Shown here: piece by piece, positions 49,375-59,533 of the stretch
Position numbering within the stretch: the first letter of the stretch is position 1
Layout of the letters: each line of letters opens with the position of its first letter
From: Candidatus Eiseniibacteriota bacterium
GTDB lineage: Bacteria > Eisenbacteria > RBG-16-71-46 > CAZAMP01
Assembly: GCA_965224245.1 (NCBI GenBank)
Contig: OZ245046.1
Span: 6,208,001 to 6,272,000, forward strand
DNA length: 64,000 nt
Direction of reading: 5' to 3'
Made by a program: the position numbers and the translations under genes
Notes under the pieces: generated by a model
What the model was told of the DNA's origin: nothing
The model's input: only the letters and a program-made list of their open reading frames with translations
Databases searched by the model: none

Positions 49375-50325
49375 ATGTTCGACCCTCGCCACCATGTTCC
49401 AGGCAATGCACTCATCTTCGCCGCCGTGCTCTTTCTTTGCTGCTCCTCGAGTGACACGGTGGTCTCCCCCGAATACCAACAGGGCAAGAATCTCTACACT
49501 ATGACGGTGGATGGGGACACGAGGGAGTACATCGTGCATGTTCCCGCCGGTTGCAACCCCCGGAGCTCGACGGCGGTCGTATTGATGCTCCATGGCGCCG
49601 GCGGGACCGGCGAAGGTACCTACAACAGCTCGGGCTGGAAGGAGCTCGGAGAGTCCGAGACCATCCTGACCGTCTTCCCCACCGCGCTCGAGTACTGCTA
49701 CACGAACTCGCAAGGCAAGACGAGAGTCGCGCCCAGGTGGCACAGCCTGAACACGGGCGTGTTCTGCGAGGGGCAGACGCTGAAAGACGACGTTGCCTTT
49801 CTTCGCCGGGTGATCGACGAGCTCGAGATGAACTTCAACATCGCCGCCAAGCGCATCTACATGGTGGGCTTCTCGAGTGGCGGGCAGATGGTTTCTCGCT
49901 GTGCGCTGGAGATGAGTGACTTGCTTGCGGCCGTCGTGCAGTCCGGTGGCGCAGCCATCCCCGACACGAGCGAACCGCTGGAGCGATTGCCGATCGCGTT
50001 CGAAGCAGGATCCGTGGATACCAGGTGGGTTGGTGAAGGCAACGAAGTGCCGATGGCGGACTTCGAGACCGCGATGTCCGTTGGTCCGTTCTTCGAAGTA
50101 GTCAGCGACCACGTCAGGGCGTTCGGTTTCGAGCAAACCTATACCGTGAGCGGCGATTCGACCATGGCCCTGACCGCCACGTTCCCAGGCGTGTCGGGGG
50201 CCAGCCGCGAGTTCACCTTCACGTTGATCAAGGGGCTCGATCACAGCTATCCGAACACCGTCAACCACCCGCGCTATGGCGCCGAGGAGAACTGGGGCTG
50301 GCTGAAGCGGTTCAGCCGCCGATGA
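49375..50325 (+). CDS. Alpha/beta-hydrolase esterase (LpqC/PHB depolymerase-like), probable lipoprotein
   Basis: REYIVHVP, MLHGAGG, DDVAFL, RIYMVGFSSGG, GLDHSYP; AAGGAGG RBS. Confidence 0.8.
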   Translation: MFDPRHHVPGNALIFAAVLFLCCSSSDTVVSPEYQQGKNLYTMTVDGDTREYIVHVPAGCNPRSSTAVVLMLHGAGGTGEGTYNSSGWKELGESETILTVFPTALEYCYTNSQGKTRVAPRWHSLNTGVFCEGQTLKDDVAFLRRVIDELEMNFNIAAKRIYMVGFSSGGQMVSRCALEMSDLLAAVVQSGGAAIPDTSEPLERLPIAFEAGSVDTRWVGEGNEVPMADFETAMSVGPFFEVVSDHVRAFGFEQTYTVSGDSTMALTATFPGVSGASREFTFTLIKGLDHSYPNTVNHPRYGAEENWGWLKRFSRR

Positions 50326-50367
50326 CGACCTGAGTCGAAGGTCAATCCTCCCTGTTCGGGGTCAGAT

Positions 50368-50523
50368 CCCGTGGCGTCCGAGAACAGGTGCGCCGCGAAG
50401 AGGCGGCGAGGTCCAGCGCGTGCTGTCAGAAATGCGATCGCATCGCCAGATTGAAGCTTACGAGCCTCGTGCCGGACTCCTCGCGTGAGCGAAGTCGTCC
50501 TTTCGAGTTTCTTGCACTGCGCG
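50368..50523 (+). mobile_element. Minimal IS-end relics: extra left IR at 50368 and a 107-bp left-end/right-end fusion at 50417-50523
   Basis: CCCGTGGCGTCCGAGAA; CGCGTGCTGTCAGAAATGCGATCG..AGCTTACGAGCCTCGTGCCGGACTCCTCGCGTGAGCGA..TCGAGTTTCTTGCACTGCGCG. Confidence 0.7.
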
Positions 50524-50555
50524 TGCCTCGTACGGAATAGGCGCTCCGGACCGGG

Positions 50556-51020
50556 TCAGGGATACACGTCGTCCGCATCGTCGAGCCGGCCTGCGATCCA
50601 CGCGAGGACCGTCGATCGCTCGTCGTCATCCAGCACGGCGTCACGATGGACGAGCGTGTAGCTGCGAAGTGGCATGTGACCGGCCGTGATCTGCTCCTTC
50701 ATCGTCCGAAGCAGGAGCCCCTCGATCTCGAGATCGAGCGATGGCCAGTCGGAGAAGTTCAGATCGCGCCGCCCGCGATGGACGTGCCGGGACAGCCACC
50801 AGGACGCAGGCGCCACGTACCCGTACCAGGGCCAGCGTGTCCGGTACGAGTGACAGTCGTAACACGACGTGGTCAGGATCGTGGCCACGGGCTCGGGAGC
50901 CCAGAGTTCGGAATGCGTCTCCGGGGTCGACCGGTCGACCGGCACGAGCTGGATGGCGGCCAGGAGCACCCCGGACGCGATGACGGCCCATCGTGCCCGG
51001 CCCCGGACGAGGCTCGCCAT
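50556..51020 (-). CDS. Heme-binding domain protein (monoheme c)
   Basis: IQLVPVDR, SCYDCHS, WPWY..VAPASW, LNFSDW, MP.RSY..VH. Confidence 0.85.
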   Translation of the reverse strand: MASLVRGRARWAVIASGVLLAAIQLVPVDRSTPETHSELWAPEPVATILTTSCYDCHSYRTRWPWYGYVAPASWWLSRHVHRGRRDLNFSDWPSLDLEIEGLLLRTMKEQITAGHMPLRSYTLVHRDAVLDDDERSTVLAWIAGRLDDADDVYP

Positions 51021-51023
51021 GCG

Positions 51024-51752
51024 CTACTGACCGAGCTCCTGGAGCATCCGCTGCGCCCGCCGGTTCTCCGGGTCGAGCTGGAGCGCCTTCTGGACGTTGG
51101 CGCGCGCGGCGTCCGGGTCCTCGGCTGCAAGGTCGAGACGGGCCAGCATGAGATAGCTGTCCGCGTGATCGGGGATCATCTCGAGGTTCAGCTGCAGCAT
51201 GCGTCGGGCGCCGTCGGCATCGTCGTGGTCGCGCGCCAGGGCATCGGCCACGCCGGGGAGCGTGAGGGGACCGAAGTCGTAGGACCCGGAGCCGTAGTAC
51301 TCCTCACGAAGCTCGCGATAGCGCGCCACGCCGGCGTCGACTCCCTCGTCGGCGATGACGTGGAGCAGGAGGTCCCCGAGCTGCTCCGGCGTCTGGACAC
51401 CGCGGTGACAGGTGATGCACCGGACCGCGAAGTCGTGCTCGCCCGTGGCGGTGGGTAGCAGCGTCTGGTTGATCTCGGACACCATGCGCATCATGCCTCG
51501 CGCCACCTCCTTGCGCGGCTTGGCGTCACTGGCCCAGTCCGTGCTCTCGAAATCGCCGGGGACCTTCTGCTCGTGACAGCCATCGCACCGCAGGCCGAGC
51601 GCCGCCGAGAACGACCGCATGGTCCCGATGAGCTCCTGCTTCCCGATGTCCTTGGGGAGCACCTGAAGGTTCTCGAACGTGTCGGGGATCTGAGCGGAGG
51701 ACACGGTTGCTTGCAGGCCGAGGACCGCGAGCACGAGCATGAAACGTTTCAT
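51024..51752 (-). CDS. Diheme c-type cytochrome with C-terminal TPR
   Basis: NLQVLP, CDGCH, CITCHRG; C-terminal KALQLDPEN TPR; signal peptide. Confidence 0.8.
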   Translation of the reverse strand: MKRFMLVLAVLGLQATVSSAQIPDTFENLQVLPKDIGKQELIGTMRSFSAALGLRCDGCHEQKVPGDFESTDWASDAKPRKEVARGMMRMVSEINQTLLPTATGEHDFAVRCITCHRGVQTPEQLGDLLLHVIADEGVDAGVARYRELREEYYGSGSYDFGPLTLPGVADALARDHDDADGARRMLQLNLEMIPDHADSYLMLARLDLAAEDPDAARANVQKALQLDPENRRAQRMLQELGQ

Positions 51753-51979
51753 CAAACCTCTCCGGTTGGTGTGGGGGGCCAAGTTTCCCCTGTTCGATCC
51801 ACCGACGCAAGTCCGCCACGCCCATCGTTACCGAATGAGTGCTCGCGTCCGGGGCTCCTGCAAGGGCCGTGAGGAGTGATCGAGGCCATCGGGAGAACGG
51901 CACCAATCGCTCGACCGCGCCGACCTACGGGAACGCAGCGTCAACCAGGGCAACGTACATGGACTCTCGGAAGGCACCG

Positions 51980-52250
51980 TCAGAACATCACGACCTTGAG
52001 AACCCGTGACGCCCCCTCGCTCCGCAGGCGAAGGAAGTAGGTCCCCGGGGGTAGTCGGTACCCGCGCTCGTCTCGACCATCCCACGCGACCTCGTGGTGC
52101 CCCGCCTCGTACGGTCCGCGCACGAGCATCGTCACCCGTCGCCCTGTCACGTCGTAGACGCCGAGCTCCGTCTGTCCGGGTCCACCGCCCAGCACGCTCG
52201 AGGCCGCGAACGTGATCTGGAGCACATCGCCGCGAAACGGAAGCGGCGAC
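51980..52250 (-). pseudogene. Orphan FlgD/T9SS-like CTD (5'-truncated gene)
   Basis: PLPFRG..VYDVTGRRV..WDGRDERG..PGTYFLRL with no N-terminal passenger; abuts an IS right-end relic. Confidence 0.7.
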
Positions 52251-52251
52251 C

Positions 52252-52306
52252 GAGTACGACCATCGGCGGGCGGGGTGACGTCGCTCTGGTCTTCGGACAC
52301 GACGGG
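52252..52306 (+). mobile_element. Right-end relic of the integrase-core IS
   Basis: GAGTACGACCATCGGCGGGCGGGGTGA (EYDHRRAG*) plus TCTTCGGACACGACGGG. Confidence 0.75.
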
Positions 52307-52470
52307 CCTCCAGGTGTAGAATGCACATTGACGCAAGCCGGGAGGCTGCCAATGCCTGGTTCAACCCCGGTCCGCGACATCGGCGCGCCCAGGTGGTAGC
52401 CGCGAGCTCACCGCTTCCTGTGAGATGGGTGGCCGACTCGGCATGACACCGCACGCTGGAGGCGCAAACC

Positions 52471-54000
52471 ATGTGGCAGTCGACGCGAGCGTCCGTGCAC
52501 GCGGCCCGAGCCCCTCTTGCGCGGATCGCCCTCGCGATGGTGTGCGCCGGGGCCTGCGCACCCGCCGTGAAGGGCGAGGTCTGGATCGTCGCGCCGGATG
52601 GTTCCGGCAATGCACCGACGGTTCAAGCCGCGATCGATCTCGCCACCGACGGCGACGAGATCCTGCTCACGGACGGCGTGTTCACCGGCGACGGCAATCG
52701 TGACGTCGGACTTCGCGGGAAGGTCCTGACGGTTCGATCGGTGTCCGGTGATCCAACCGCTTGCATCCTCGACGTCCAGGGAAGTGCGGGCCAACCACAC
52801 GCCGGATTCTTGATCGACGAGGGAGAGACGACCGCCTCGCTGATCGCCGACATCACGATCCGGGGCGGCCATCACGTCGGGGGTGGCAGTGCCGTCGACT
52901 GTATGAGCGCGGGCATCACGCTGCGCGGGTCGATCTTCGCCGGCAACGAGGTCAACCAGGCGCTCCGGTTCACCAGCTCCAGCACGGTCGTCGAGGACTG
53001 CATCGTCGCCGACAACCACGGCGGTGGCCTGTGGATCGATGGTGGTCATTGTCGCCTCGTCCGGTGCGTCGTTCGTGGCAACCACGCGTTGACCGGTGCC
53101 GGGATCCTCTCCACCGATGCGGATCTGGACGTCGTGGACTGCGACATCATCGAAAACGTGGCCGAGAGCTGGGGTGGGGGAGTAGCGGTGCTGTCGTACT
53201 CCCTGGGGACGGTGCTCGTTCAGGACTCTCGAATCGAGCGCAACACGACCGTCGACTGGAAGGACTTCCTGGGCGGCGCCGGCGTCGTGGCCGTCGGAGC
53301 GGGCGTGCGATTCGAACGCTGCGACATCTCCTCGAACACGAGCGCCGGTCTCGGTGGCGGTGTCTCGCTCATCGGTCCGGGCGTCGTGCTCGAAGCGTGC
53401 CGGATCCAGGGCAATCGCGCCGATCGCGACGACGGCGGAGCGCTGTTGGTTCAAGACCTCTACCTGAGAGGTGGCGAGGCGACGATGGTCGACTGCATCG
53501 TCACCGGCAACCACGCCGCATCCGATGGAGGCGCTGCGCGGGTTTCGGGGCTCCCGCTGTTCGCGTCCGGATGCACGATCGCGTTCAACGAAGCAGGGGA
53601 GAGGGGGGGCGCACTGGCGCTCGATCGTCGCGCCGAGCTCGAGCGCTCGGTGCTCTGGCAGAACTGCGCTCCGGTGGGATCGGAGATCTACGTGATGCCG
53701 ACGAGCGGCGTTCCGGAGATCTCATGCTCGATCGCCGACGCCGGCGGCATCGAGCCAGGCGGCGCGTACCACTTCGAGGATGTCGTCGCGCTCGATCCGA
53801 AGTTCTGTGGCCCCATCGCAGAGTGCGCCACGCCTTCCACCGATGGAGACTTCTCTGTCGCCGTCGACTCGCCGTGCACTCCCGAGCGGAGTCCGTGTGG
53901 CGAGTGGATGGGCGCGCTCCGGGTCGGGTGCGCCGATTCCACGCCGGTTCAGCGGACGTCGTGGGGGAGGCTCAAAGAGGTGCACGCGACGGGCCCGTGA
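52471..54000 (+). CDS. Secreted right-handed beta-helix protein with TPxxxxSWGRLK tail
   Basis: PTVQAAID..GDEILL, N-x-A..GGG repeats, DPKFC..SPC..CGEWMGAL..C, STPVQRTSWGRLK. Confidence 0.85.
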   Translation: MWQSTRASVHAARAPLARIALAMVCAGACAPAVKGEVWIVAPDGSGNAPTVQAAIDLATDGDEILLTDGVFTGDGNRDVGLRGKVLTVRSVSGDPTACILDVQGSAGQPHAGFLIDEGETTASLIADITIRGGHHVGGGSAVDCMSAGITLRGSIFAGNEVNQALRFTSSSTVVEDCIVADNHGGGLWIDGGHCRLVRCVVRGNHALTGAGILSTDADLDVVDCDIIENVAESWGGGVAVLSYSLGTVLVQDSRIERNTTVDWKDFLGGAGVVAVGAGVRFERCDISSNTSAGLGGGVSLIGPGVVLEACRIQGNRADRDDGGALLVQDLYLRGGEATMVDCIVTGNHAASDGGAARVSGLPLFASGCTIAFNEAGERGGALALDRRAELERSVLWQNCAPVGSEIYVMPTSGVPEISCSIADAGGIEPGGAYHFEDVVALDPKFCGPIAECATPSTDGDFSVAVDSPCTPERSPCGEWMGALRVGCADSTPVQRTSWGRLKEVHATGP

Positions 54001-54118
54001 ACGGTGTATCGTGGCGAGAGCTCGTGTCTCGCGAGGTCCTTTGGCGGAGAGCCACCGAGTCGGGTCGTCTACGGCGTCGGGTCAGTAGACCGGCAAGACG
54101 TCAACCGGGGCAACGTGA

Positions 54119-54979
54119 ATGAGTTGCTGGCATGGACGGACGGGTCCGCGCGTTTCCGCGAGCCGTGAACTCCATCGTGTGTTCATCATCCTTGGTGCCA
54201 CGATGGCAGCGGTGGCGCTCGACGGGTGCAGCGACGACGTGCCTCCCACGAGCACCGAGGCGCCCGCGACTGACCCACCCGCGGTCAACACACCAGACGA
54301 CGTCGTCAGCGCGTTCCGCCAGGCCTGGAACGGCCGGGATGCGTCGGCCGTGGCATCGGTCCTCGGCGATGGCTTCATCTTTCACCTTTCGCCCACCGAC
54401 ATCGACACCGCCGACGTTCCGCGAAGCTGGGCGCGCAGCACTCACCTCCGCGCCGTGGGCAACATCTTCGCGGGGGAGACGGGTGTACGTCCGGATGGCA
54501 CTCCCCAGCCGTCGGTCGACACGCTGTCCTTCTTCGGACTCACGCTGGTTCCCGATCGTCGCGAGTGGACTCCCGTCGAGGGACCGGGTCTGGATGGGAT
54601 GCTCCGGCGCGACTACCTGAGCGTGATGACCGCAAGCTACACGGACCTGGACTTCGACTTCGTCGAAGGGCGCCAGTCGTTCTACGTGCGCGAGGAGGCG
54701 GATACGGACGCGGAGGGCAACCCGATTCGACGGTACCGACTCCAGGTCTGGAAGGACCTGGGCAGCGACGACAAACGTCTCGGGCGGCGACACCGAGTGC
54801 TCACGTGGGGGTACTTTCTCGCCCTGTATCGCGAGGTTCACGGCGCAGGGTCCGGAGAGTCGACCAGCACGGGACTACTCCCGTCCTGTCCGAGAAGCGG
54901 AACGAGCCCAAACTGCATGACTTACGAGGCTCGCGCCCGGCCGCCGGATGAACGAGTTCATCCATCTCCTGGCCCGTAG
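54119..54979 (+). CDS. Hypothetical lipoprotein (NTF2-like N-terminal part); 3' end runs into an IS left end
   Basis: Lipobox-like LDGC; TPDDVVSAFRQAW; LTWGYFLALYR near the probable natural end. Confidence 0.6.
   Translation: MSCWHGRTGPRVSASRELHRVFIILGATMAAVALDGCSDDVPPTSTEAPATDPPAVNTPDDVVSAFRQAWNGRDASAVASVLGDGFIFHLSPTDIDTADVPRSWARSTHLRAVGNIFAGETGVRPDGTPQPSVDTLSFFGLTLVPDRREWTPVEGPGLDGMLRRDYLSVMTASYTDLDFDFVEGRQSFYVREEADTDAEGNPIRRYRLQVWKDLGSDDKRLGRRHRVLTWGYFLALYREVHGAGSGESTSTGLLPSCPRSGTSPNCMTYEARARPPDERVHPSPGP
54880..54972 (+). mobile_element. Left-end relic of the integrase-core IS
   Basis: CCCGTCCTGTCCGAGAAGCGGAACG..CTTACGAG..ATGAACGAGTTCATCCATCTCCTGG. Confidence 0.75.
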
Positions 54980-55222
54980 CCAGGCCGACGGATTCATGCC
55001 AGCATGCTATCCGGTCGCCTCACTCCGCGGAGCACGCGAGGTGAGCGGAGGGAGCACCCCGATGCCACTCGCATCCGGACGAGGCCCTCGTCATTCGGAC
55101 GAGGCCCTCGTCGTGGTGATGCACGGCGCCGGGCGGGCGACCATCGGGCGGGGGCTTCGAGAGGACTCGGCGCCGAGTCCCCGCAGAAACGACGACGTCC
55201 AGGGAAGGATCGGAGGATCGCT

Positions 55223-56173
55223 GTGTCCGACAAGAAGATCATCGCCGTTTTCGGAGCCACGGGCGCCCAGGGTGGGGGCCTCGCACGCGCCATCGCCGCA
55301 GACCCCGACGGCCCCTTCGTCGCCCGGGCCATCACGCGCAAGGTCGACTCCGAGAAGGCCGCCGCACTCGCCGGCCTGGGGGTGGAGGTCGTGGCGGGCG
55401 ACGCCGACGACCCGGAGAGTCTCGAGCGTGCCCTGGCGGGAGCCTACGGGGCGTTCTGCGTCACGAACTTCTGGGAGCACTTCTCCGCCGAGCGGGAAGG
55501 CGCACAGGCGACGGCGATGGCTCGCGCCACGCGGAAGGCCGGCGTGCAACACGTCGTCTGGTCCACGCTCGAGGACACACGCAGCCGGGTGCCCCTCGAC
55601 GACGCACGGATGCCCACGTTGCAGGGTACGTACAACGTGCCGCACTTCGACTCCAAGGGGTCCGTGGATCACGTCTTCGCCGAGGAGGCGGCGCCGACGA
55701 CGTACCTGCTCGCAGCCTTCTACTGGGAGAACTTCATCTACTTCGGCATGGGACCGCGGAAAGGTTCCGGGGATGAGCTGACCCTGTCCTTGCCGCTGGG
55801 GGGCGCGAAGCTTCCGGGGATCGCGTCCGAGGACATCGGTCGTTGCGCCCACGGTGTGTTCCGTCGTGGCACGGACACGGTCGGCCAGCGGTTCGGCGTT
55901 GCCGGAGACGTCCTGTCCGGCGAGGAGATGGCGGAGAAGATGACGCGCGTGCTCGGGCGAACGGTCCGGTTTCAGGACGTGCCCTTCGACGTGTACCGGG
56001 GCCTCGGCTTCCCGGGGGCCGAGGACCTCGGCAACATGTTTCAGTTCCAGGCCATTCTCGGCGACGAGTTTCTTCGCAGCCGGGATCCCGAGGTCGCGCG
56101 GTCCCTCAACCCCCGTATACTGGATCTGGATGCCTGGCTCGCCGCCAATGCGGCTCGCATCCCGATCGAATGA
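55223..56173 (+). CDS. NmrA/HSCARG family NAD(P)-binding protein
   Basis: GGAGG RBS plus GTG; IAVFGATGAQGG, VTNFWEH, VPHFDSKG. Confidence 0.9.
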   Translation: MSDKKIIAVFGATGAQGGGLARAIAADPDGPFVARAITRKVDSEKAAALAGLGVEVVAGDADDPESLERALAGAYGAFCVTNFWEHFSAEREGAQATAMARATRKAGVQHVVWSTLEDTRSRVPLDDARMPTLQGTYNVPHFDSKGSVDHVFAEEAAPTTYLLAAFYWENFIYFGMGPRKGSGDELTLSLPLGGAKLPGIASEDIGRCAHGVFRRGTDTVGQRFGVAGDVLSGEEMAEKMTRVLGRTVRFQDVPFDVYRGLGFPGAEDLGNMFQFQAILGDEFLRSRDPEVARSLNPRILDLDAWLAANAARIPIE

Positions 56174-56333
56174 CACCGCACGGCCGCTGTCTCGGCGAGC
56201 GTCGAGGCGCCCGGGGGGCGCCTCGATCGCAGTGGTTGCGGCGGATCGCCCACGGTCATCGATTCCTGATGCAACGCTTCGTCCGTGATGTGCTCGACGC
56301 GTCAGATCGCGAGATCGCCACGCACCTGCACCC

Positions 56334-57509
56334 CTATGGGAGCTGCGGCTCGGGATCGAGCTCCAGCACCATGGCCGCCTCCGGGGCGCCGGAGAGTACG
56401 TACATCCGGCCGTCATCCCCGAACGTGAGACCTCGCCAGAACACGGCATCGTCGGGGACGTCGTACGTCGCCACGACCTTCCCGGTGCTCGGGTCGATCT
56501 GGCAGAGGATCTGCGTGGCGAGGAACATGGCCGCCCACAGGTGCGTGCCGTCGTACGCGAGGCCCAGGACACCCCGATCGAATGGCAGGATCCGGTCGAT
56601 CTGATCAGGCTCGGACTCGGTGTCCAGACTCAGCAGAAAGCGCCGCTCGTTCCGGAGTCCTTGCAGCCACAGCCGCTCGGCGTCCTCCTGCCACGCGCCG
56701 CCTCCCAAGATGGCCATCGGGAAGCCGAGGTCGGCCAGATCGAACTCGTCGAACGTCGAGACCAGATCGCTTCGACTCCCCCTGGTTGCGGCTCCGGCGC
56801 GCAGCCGCAACCAGAACGACTGTGGTGCGGGTGCGTTCTGCACGGCCATGATGTAGGTGGGCTCCATCCCGGGGATCGGGTCCAGGAGTGTCTCCGTCTC
56901 CAGGTCGAAGCGCTCGATGCGATTGCCTCGGGAGGGATAGAGCAGATCACCGTCGAAGAAGACGAGAACGTCCTCGATCGCCTCCGGTTCGGGGAGCCCG
57001 TCGAACCGCCGGACGACCGGCAGCGGCGGTGTATCGAGCTCCGGCGGGATGACGTTGTGCCGCGAGAGGAGCGCGACGTTTCCGGCTTCGTCCGCGATCG
57101 TGAGCTCGTCGCGCTCGATGATCACCATCGGGAAGACGCCGGCGCGTCCGGCATCCGCCACGAGCTGGGGCTCACGCGCGAGATCGAGAACCATCTGGCT
57201 CCCATCGTAGACACAGAACGCGCGCAGCCGGTTGACGGCGCCGAGAAGCCGATCGCGCACGAAGACGTGCCCGCGACCGTCCTCGGGGAACTCGAACGCG
57301 GTGACCTCCACGTCGAGCTCGAGCCCGGGTAGCACGTATCCCTTGTCGAGCACCCAGGTGCCCAGGATCGCGGGGTCGGTCGTTCCGATGCGAATGTCGA
57401 CCGGTTCGGCCGGCTCGGGCTCGTGGTAGTACACGTTCTCGACCGCTTCGCATCCAACGAGGATCAGCAGGACGCTCGCGCACGCGGCATTCGGACCAGA
57501 GAGCTTCAT
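56334..57509 (-). CDS. Hypothetical lipoprotein with C-terminal beta-propeller
   Basis: Lipobox LVGC; GLAYDGTHLW, QIDPSTGKV, GLTF repeats; AAGG RBS. Confidence 0.65.
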   Translation of the reverse strand: MKLSGPNAACASVLLILVGCEAVENVYYHEPEPAEPVDIRIGTTDPAILGTWVLDKGYVLPGLELDVEVTAFEFPEDGRGHVFVRDRLLGAVNRLRAFCVYDGSQMVLDLAREPQLVADAGRAGVFPMVIIERDELTIADEAGNVALLSRHNVIPPELDTPPLPVVRRFDGLPEPEAIEDVLVFFDGDLLYPSRGNRIERFDLETETLLDPIPGMEPTYIMAVQNAPAPQSFWLRLRAGAATRGSRSDLVSTFDEFDLADLGFPMAILGGGAWQEDAERLWLQGLRNERRFLLSLDTESEPDQIDRILPFDRGVLGLAYDGTHLWAAMFLATQILCQIDPSTGKVVATYDVPDDAVFWRGLTFGDDGRMYVLSGAPEAAMVLELDPEPQLP

Positions 57510-57747
57510 GTTCCTTCACCTCTTTCCAGTTGGCGCCGGGTTCACGTTCCGTAACCGAGAAGACGGGGCCTCGGACCGGAACCGCACATCTGATCTCCAC
57601 GGGGTGAGGGTCGCGCCAGGCAACGAGAGCCGAGCGGCGCGCCAAGGTGAGCGGGTACAGCAGCTTGCCCGAGTTCGCACGCGTTCGGACCGGGTGCTCG
57701 GGTGGGACGGGAGACGTGACCCGTGCCGTGGCCTTCTCCTTCGGGGA

Positions 57748-57829
57748 CTCCATGGGCTGCTGAGGTACCATTGCCGGACGTCGACGCGATGGCCCGTTCG
57801 GGCTCGAAGGAGTCTGCTGACCACACGCG
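57748..57829 (+). mobile_element. Right-end relic of the integrase-core IS
   Basis: GGGCTGCTGAGGTACCATTGCCGG (GLLRYHCR) plus degenerate right IR GAGTCTGCTGACCACACGCG. Confidence 0.6.
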
Positions 57830-57847
57830 CAGAAGAGGTCGTGTTAC

Positions 57848-59032
57848 ATGCGATCACACACGGCCGGGGTGACACTTCTGATCTTGGCGCTGGCGGCTTG
57901 GCCCGGCGCGGGCGTCGCCCGCGTCTGGGACGTGCCGGGAGACGCGCCGACCATCCAGGCCGGGGTGGACTCCGCCCAGGCAGGGGACGAGGTCCGAATC
58001 CGGCACGGCGAGTACGACGAGCACGACATTGCCGTGGACAAGGCCATCCACGTCCGTTCCGTCGACGGGGCCGGCGTCACGCTGGTAGACGCGGGGCGGG
58101 CTGGCAGCGGCTTCCTCGTCGAGGACATCGACGGCACGTGCATCATCGAAGGGCTCGGGATTCGCCTCGGCCGCGCCGGGAGTGCAAGCTACGGATACGG
58201 TGGAGGTGTGTACGTCCGCAACGCCACGTTCACGATGCGCGCCTGCACGATCGTCGATTGCGAGGCTTCGGACGGCGGAGGTCTCGTCGCGTTCGACTCC
58301 TCGGTTCTACTCGAGGACTGTCGGATCGAGAGCAACGAAGCCGGCGTGGGAGGCGGGGTGCTCGCGTCTCCATACGACACGGGTTTCTCGCGCCTCGTCA
58401 TGCGGCGCTGCGAGGTGCTCGCGAACGACGCGTTTCCGGGGCTCTGTTGCGCCTCGGGGGGTGGCGTCCTCGCCATCGGCGAGGTCCAGCTTCTCGACTG
58501 CGTGCTGGCTGGCAACCGGACCGGCTACTACGGTGCAGGAGCCGCGCTTGGGGTCTCCGGCGATGCAGTCGTGTCGGGGTGCACGATCGCGGGAAACGAG
58601 GGACTCTGGGACCCGGAGGACAGCATCATCGAGGTCTTCTCCGGCCGCCTTCGACTCGAACGTACGATTCTCGCCTTCAACACCGGTCGCCCGATGAGCT
58701 GCTCATTCCAGTCGAATGTGACCGTGACATGCTCGAACCTCTTCGCGAACACGGCCGGCGATGCGTTCTGCGGAACGGACGGTGGGGACAACTTCTCCGC
58801 GGATCCCGAGTTTTGCGATGCCGAGGCCGGCGAGTACGACCTGTTTGGTTCGTCGCCATGCCTGCCGGGGCAGCACCCCGACGGGGCCGACTGTGGCCGC
58901 GTGGGCGCGCTCGGCATGGGCTGTGGCCGCACGCCGACCGAGACATCGAGCTGGTCGGGGCTCAAGGGGCGTTACCGCCCGAGTGCGGCGAGCACTCGGG
59001 GAGTCGACTTCCCCGTAGGATCAGGAGAGTGA
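57848..59032 (+). CDS. Secreted right-handed beta-helix protein with TPxxxxSWSGLKGRYR tail
   Basis: VPGDAPTIQAGVD, GGG repeats, ADPEFC..SPCLP..C..VGAL..GC, RTPTETSSWSGLKGRYR. Confidence 0.85.
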   Translation: MRSHTAGVTLLILALAAWPGAGVARVWDVPGDAPTIQAGVDSAQAGDEVRIRHGEYDEHDIAVDKAIHVRSVDGAGVTLVDAGRAGSGFLVEDIDGTCIIEGLGIRLGRAGSASYGYGGGVYVRNATFTMRACTIVDCEASDGGGLVAFDSSVLLEDCRIESNEAGVGGGVLASPYDTGFSRLVMRRCEVLANDAFPGLCCASGGGVLAIGEVQLLDCVLAGNRTGYYGAGAALGVSGDAVVSGCTIAGNEGLWDPEDSIIEVFSGRLRLERTILAFNTGRPMSCSFQSNVTVTCSNLFANTAGDAFCGTDGGDNFSADPEFCDAEAGEYDLFGSSPCLPGQHPDGADCGRVGALGMGCGRTPTETSSWSGLKGRYRPSAASTRGVDFPVGSGE

Positions 59033-59143
59033 ACGCGAGCTGCAACGTGACTCCGTTCTCCAGCTTCGCTGGGAGGCGAAGCGAGACTCGCCTGATGTCT
59101 GCGTACCAAAGAGGTCCCGTGTGAAACACCCAGGGAGGCTCAA

Positions 59144-59533
59144 TTGGAGAAAGCCGACGCTTCCGTCAGATCGGCGATCGAGGCGACGATTCGCGACTAC
59201 ATCGAGGGCTGGTACGAGGGGGACGCGTCACGGATGGACCGGGCACTGCACGATGATCTGGCCAAGCGAATGCCGACAGCCGATGGTGAGACCACGCCCC
59301 TCCGACTCCGCAGCGTCACGAAGGCACGCATGCTGGAGTTGACGACGTCCGGCGGCGGAAGGACGCCGGGAGCGGCCTACGAGATCGTGGTTCATCATGT
59401 GTCCGACGGTATGGCGAGTGCTCGGCTTCATTCGAACGAGTACTTGGACTATCTCCAGCTCGTCGAGACCACCGCCGGCTGGAGAATCGCCAACATCTTG
59501 TTCCGCCCACGTCGGCGGGACGTTGCGCCGTGA
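59144..59533 (+). CDS. NTF2/SnoaL-like (lumazine-binding-like) protein
   Basis: IRDYIEGWYEGD..RMDRALH..LAKR, YLDYLQL..WRIANIL. Confidence 0.8.
   Translation: MEKADASVRSAIEATIRDYIEGWYEGDASRMDRALHDDLAKRMPTADGETTPLRLRSVTKARMLELTTSGGGRTPGAAYEIVVHHVSDGMASARLHSNEYLDYLQLVETTAGWRIANILFRPRRRDVAP

Noticed and set aside
51024-51752. Evidence for photosynthesis from resemblance to reaction-centre cytochrome c
   Set aside because: Only two CxxCH motifs plus a TPR, and no puf or bch genes.
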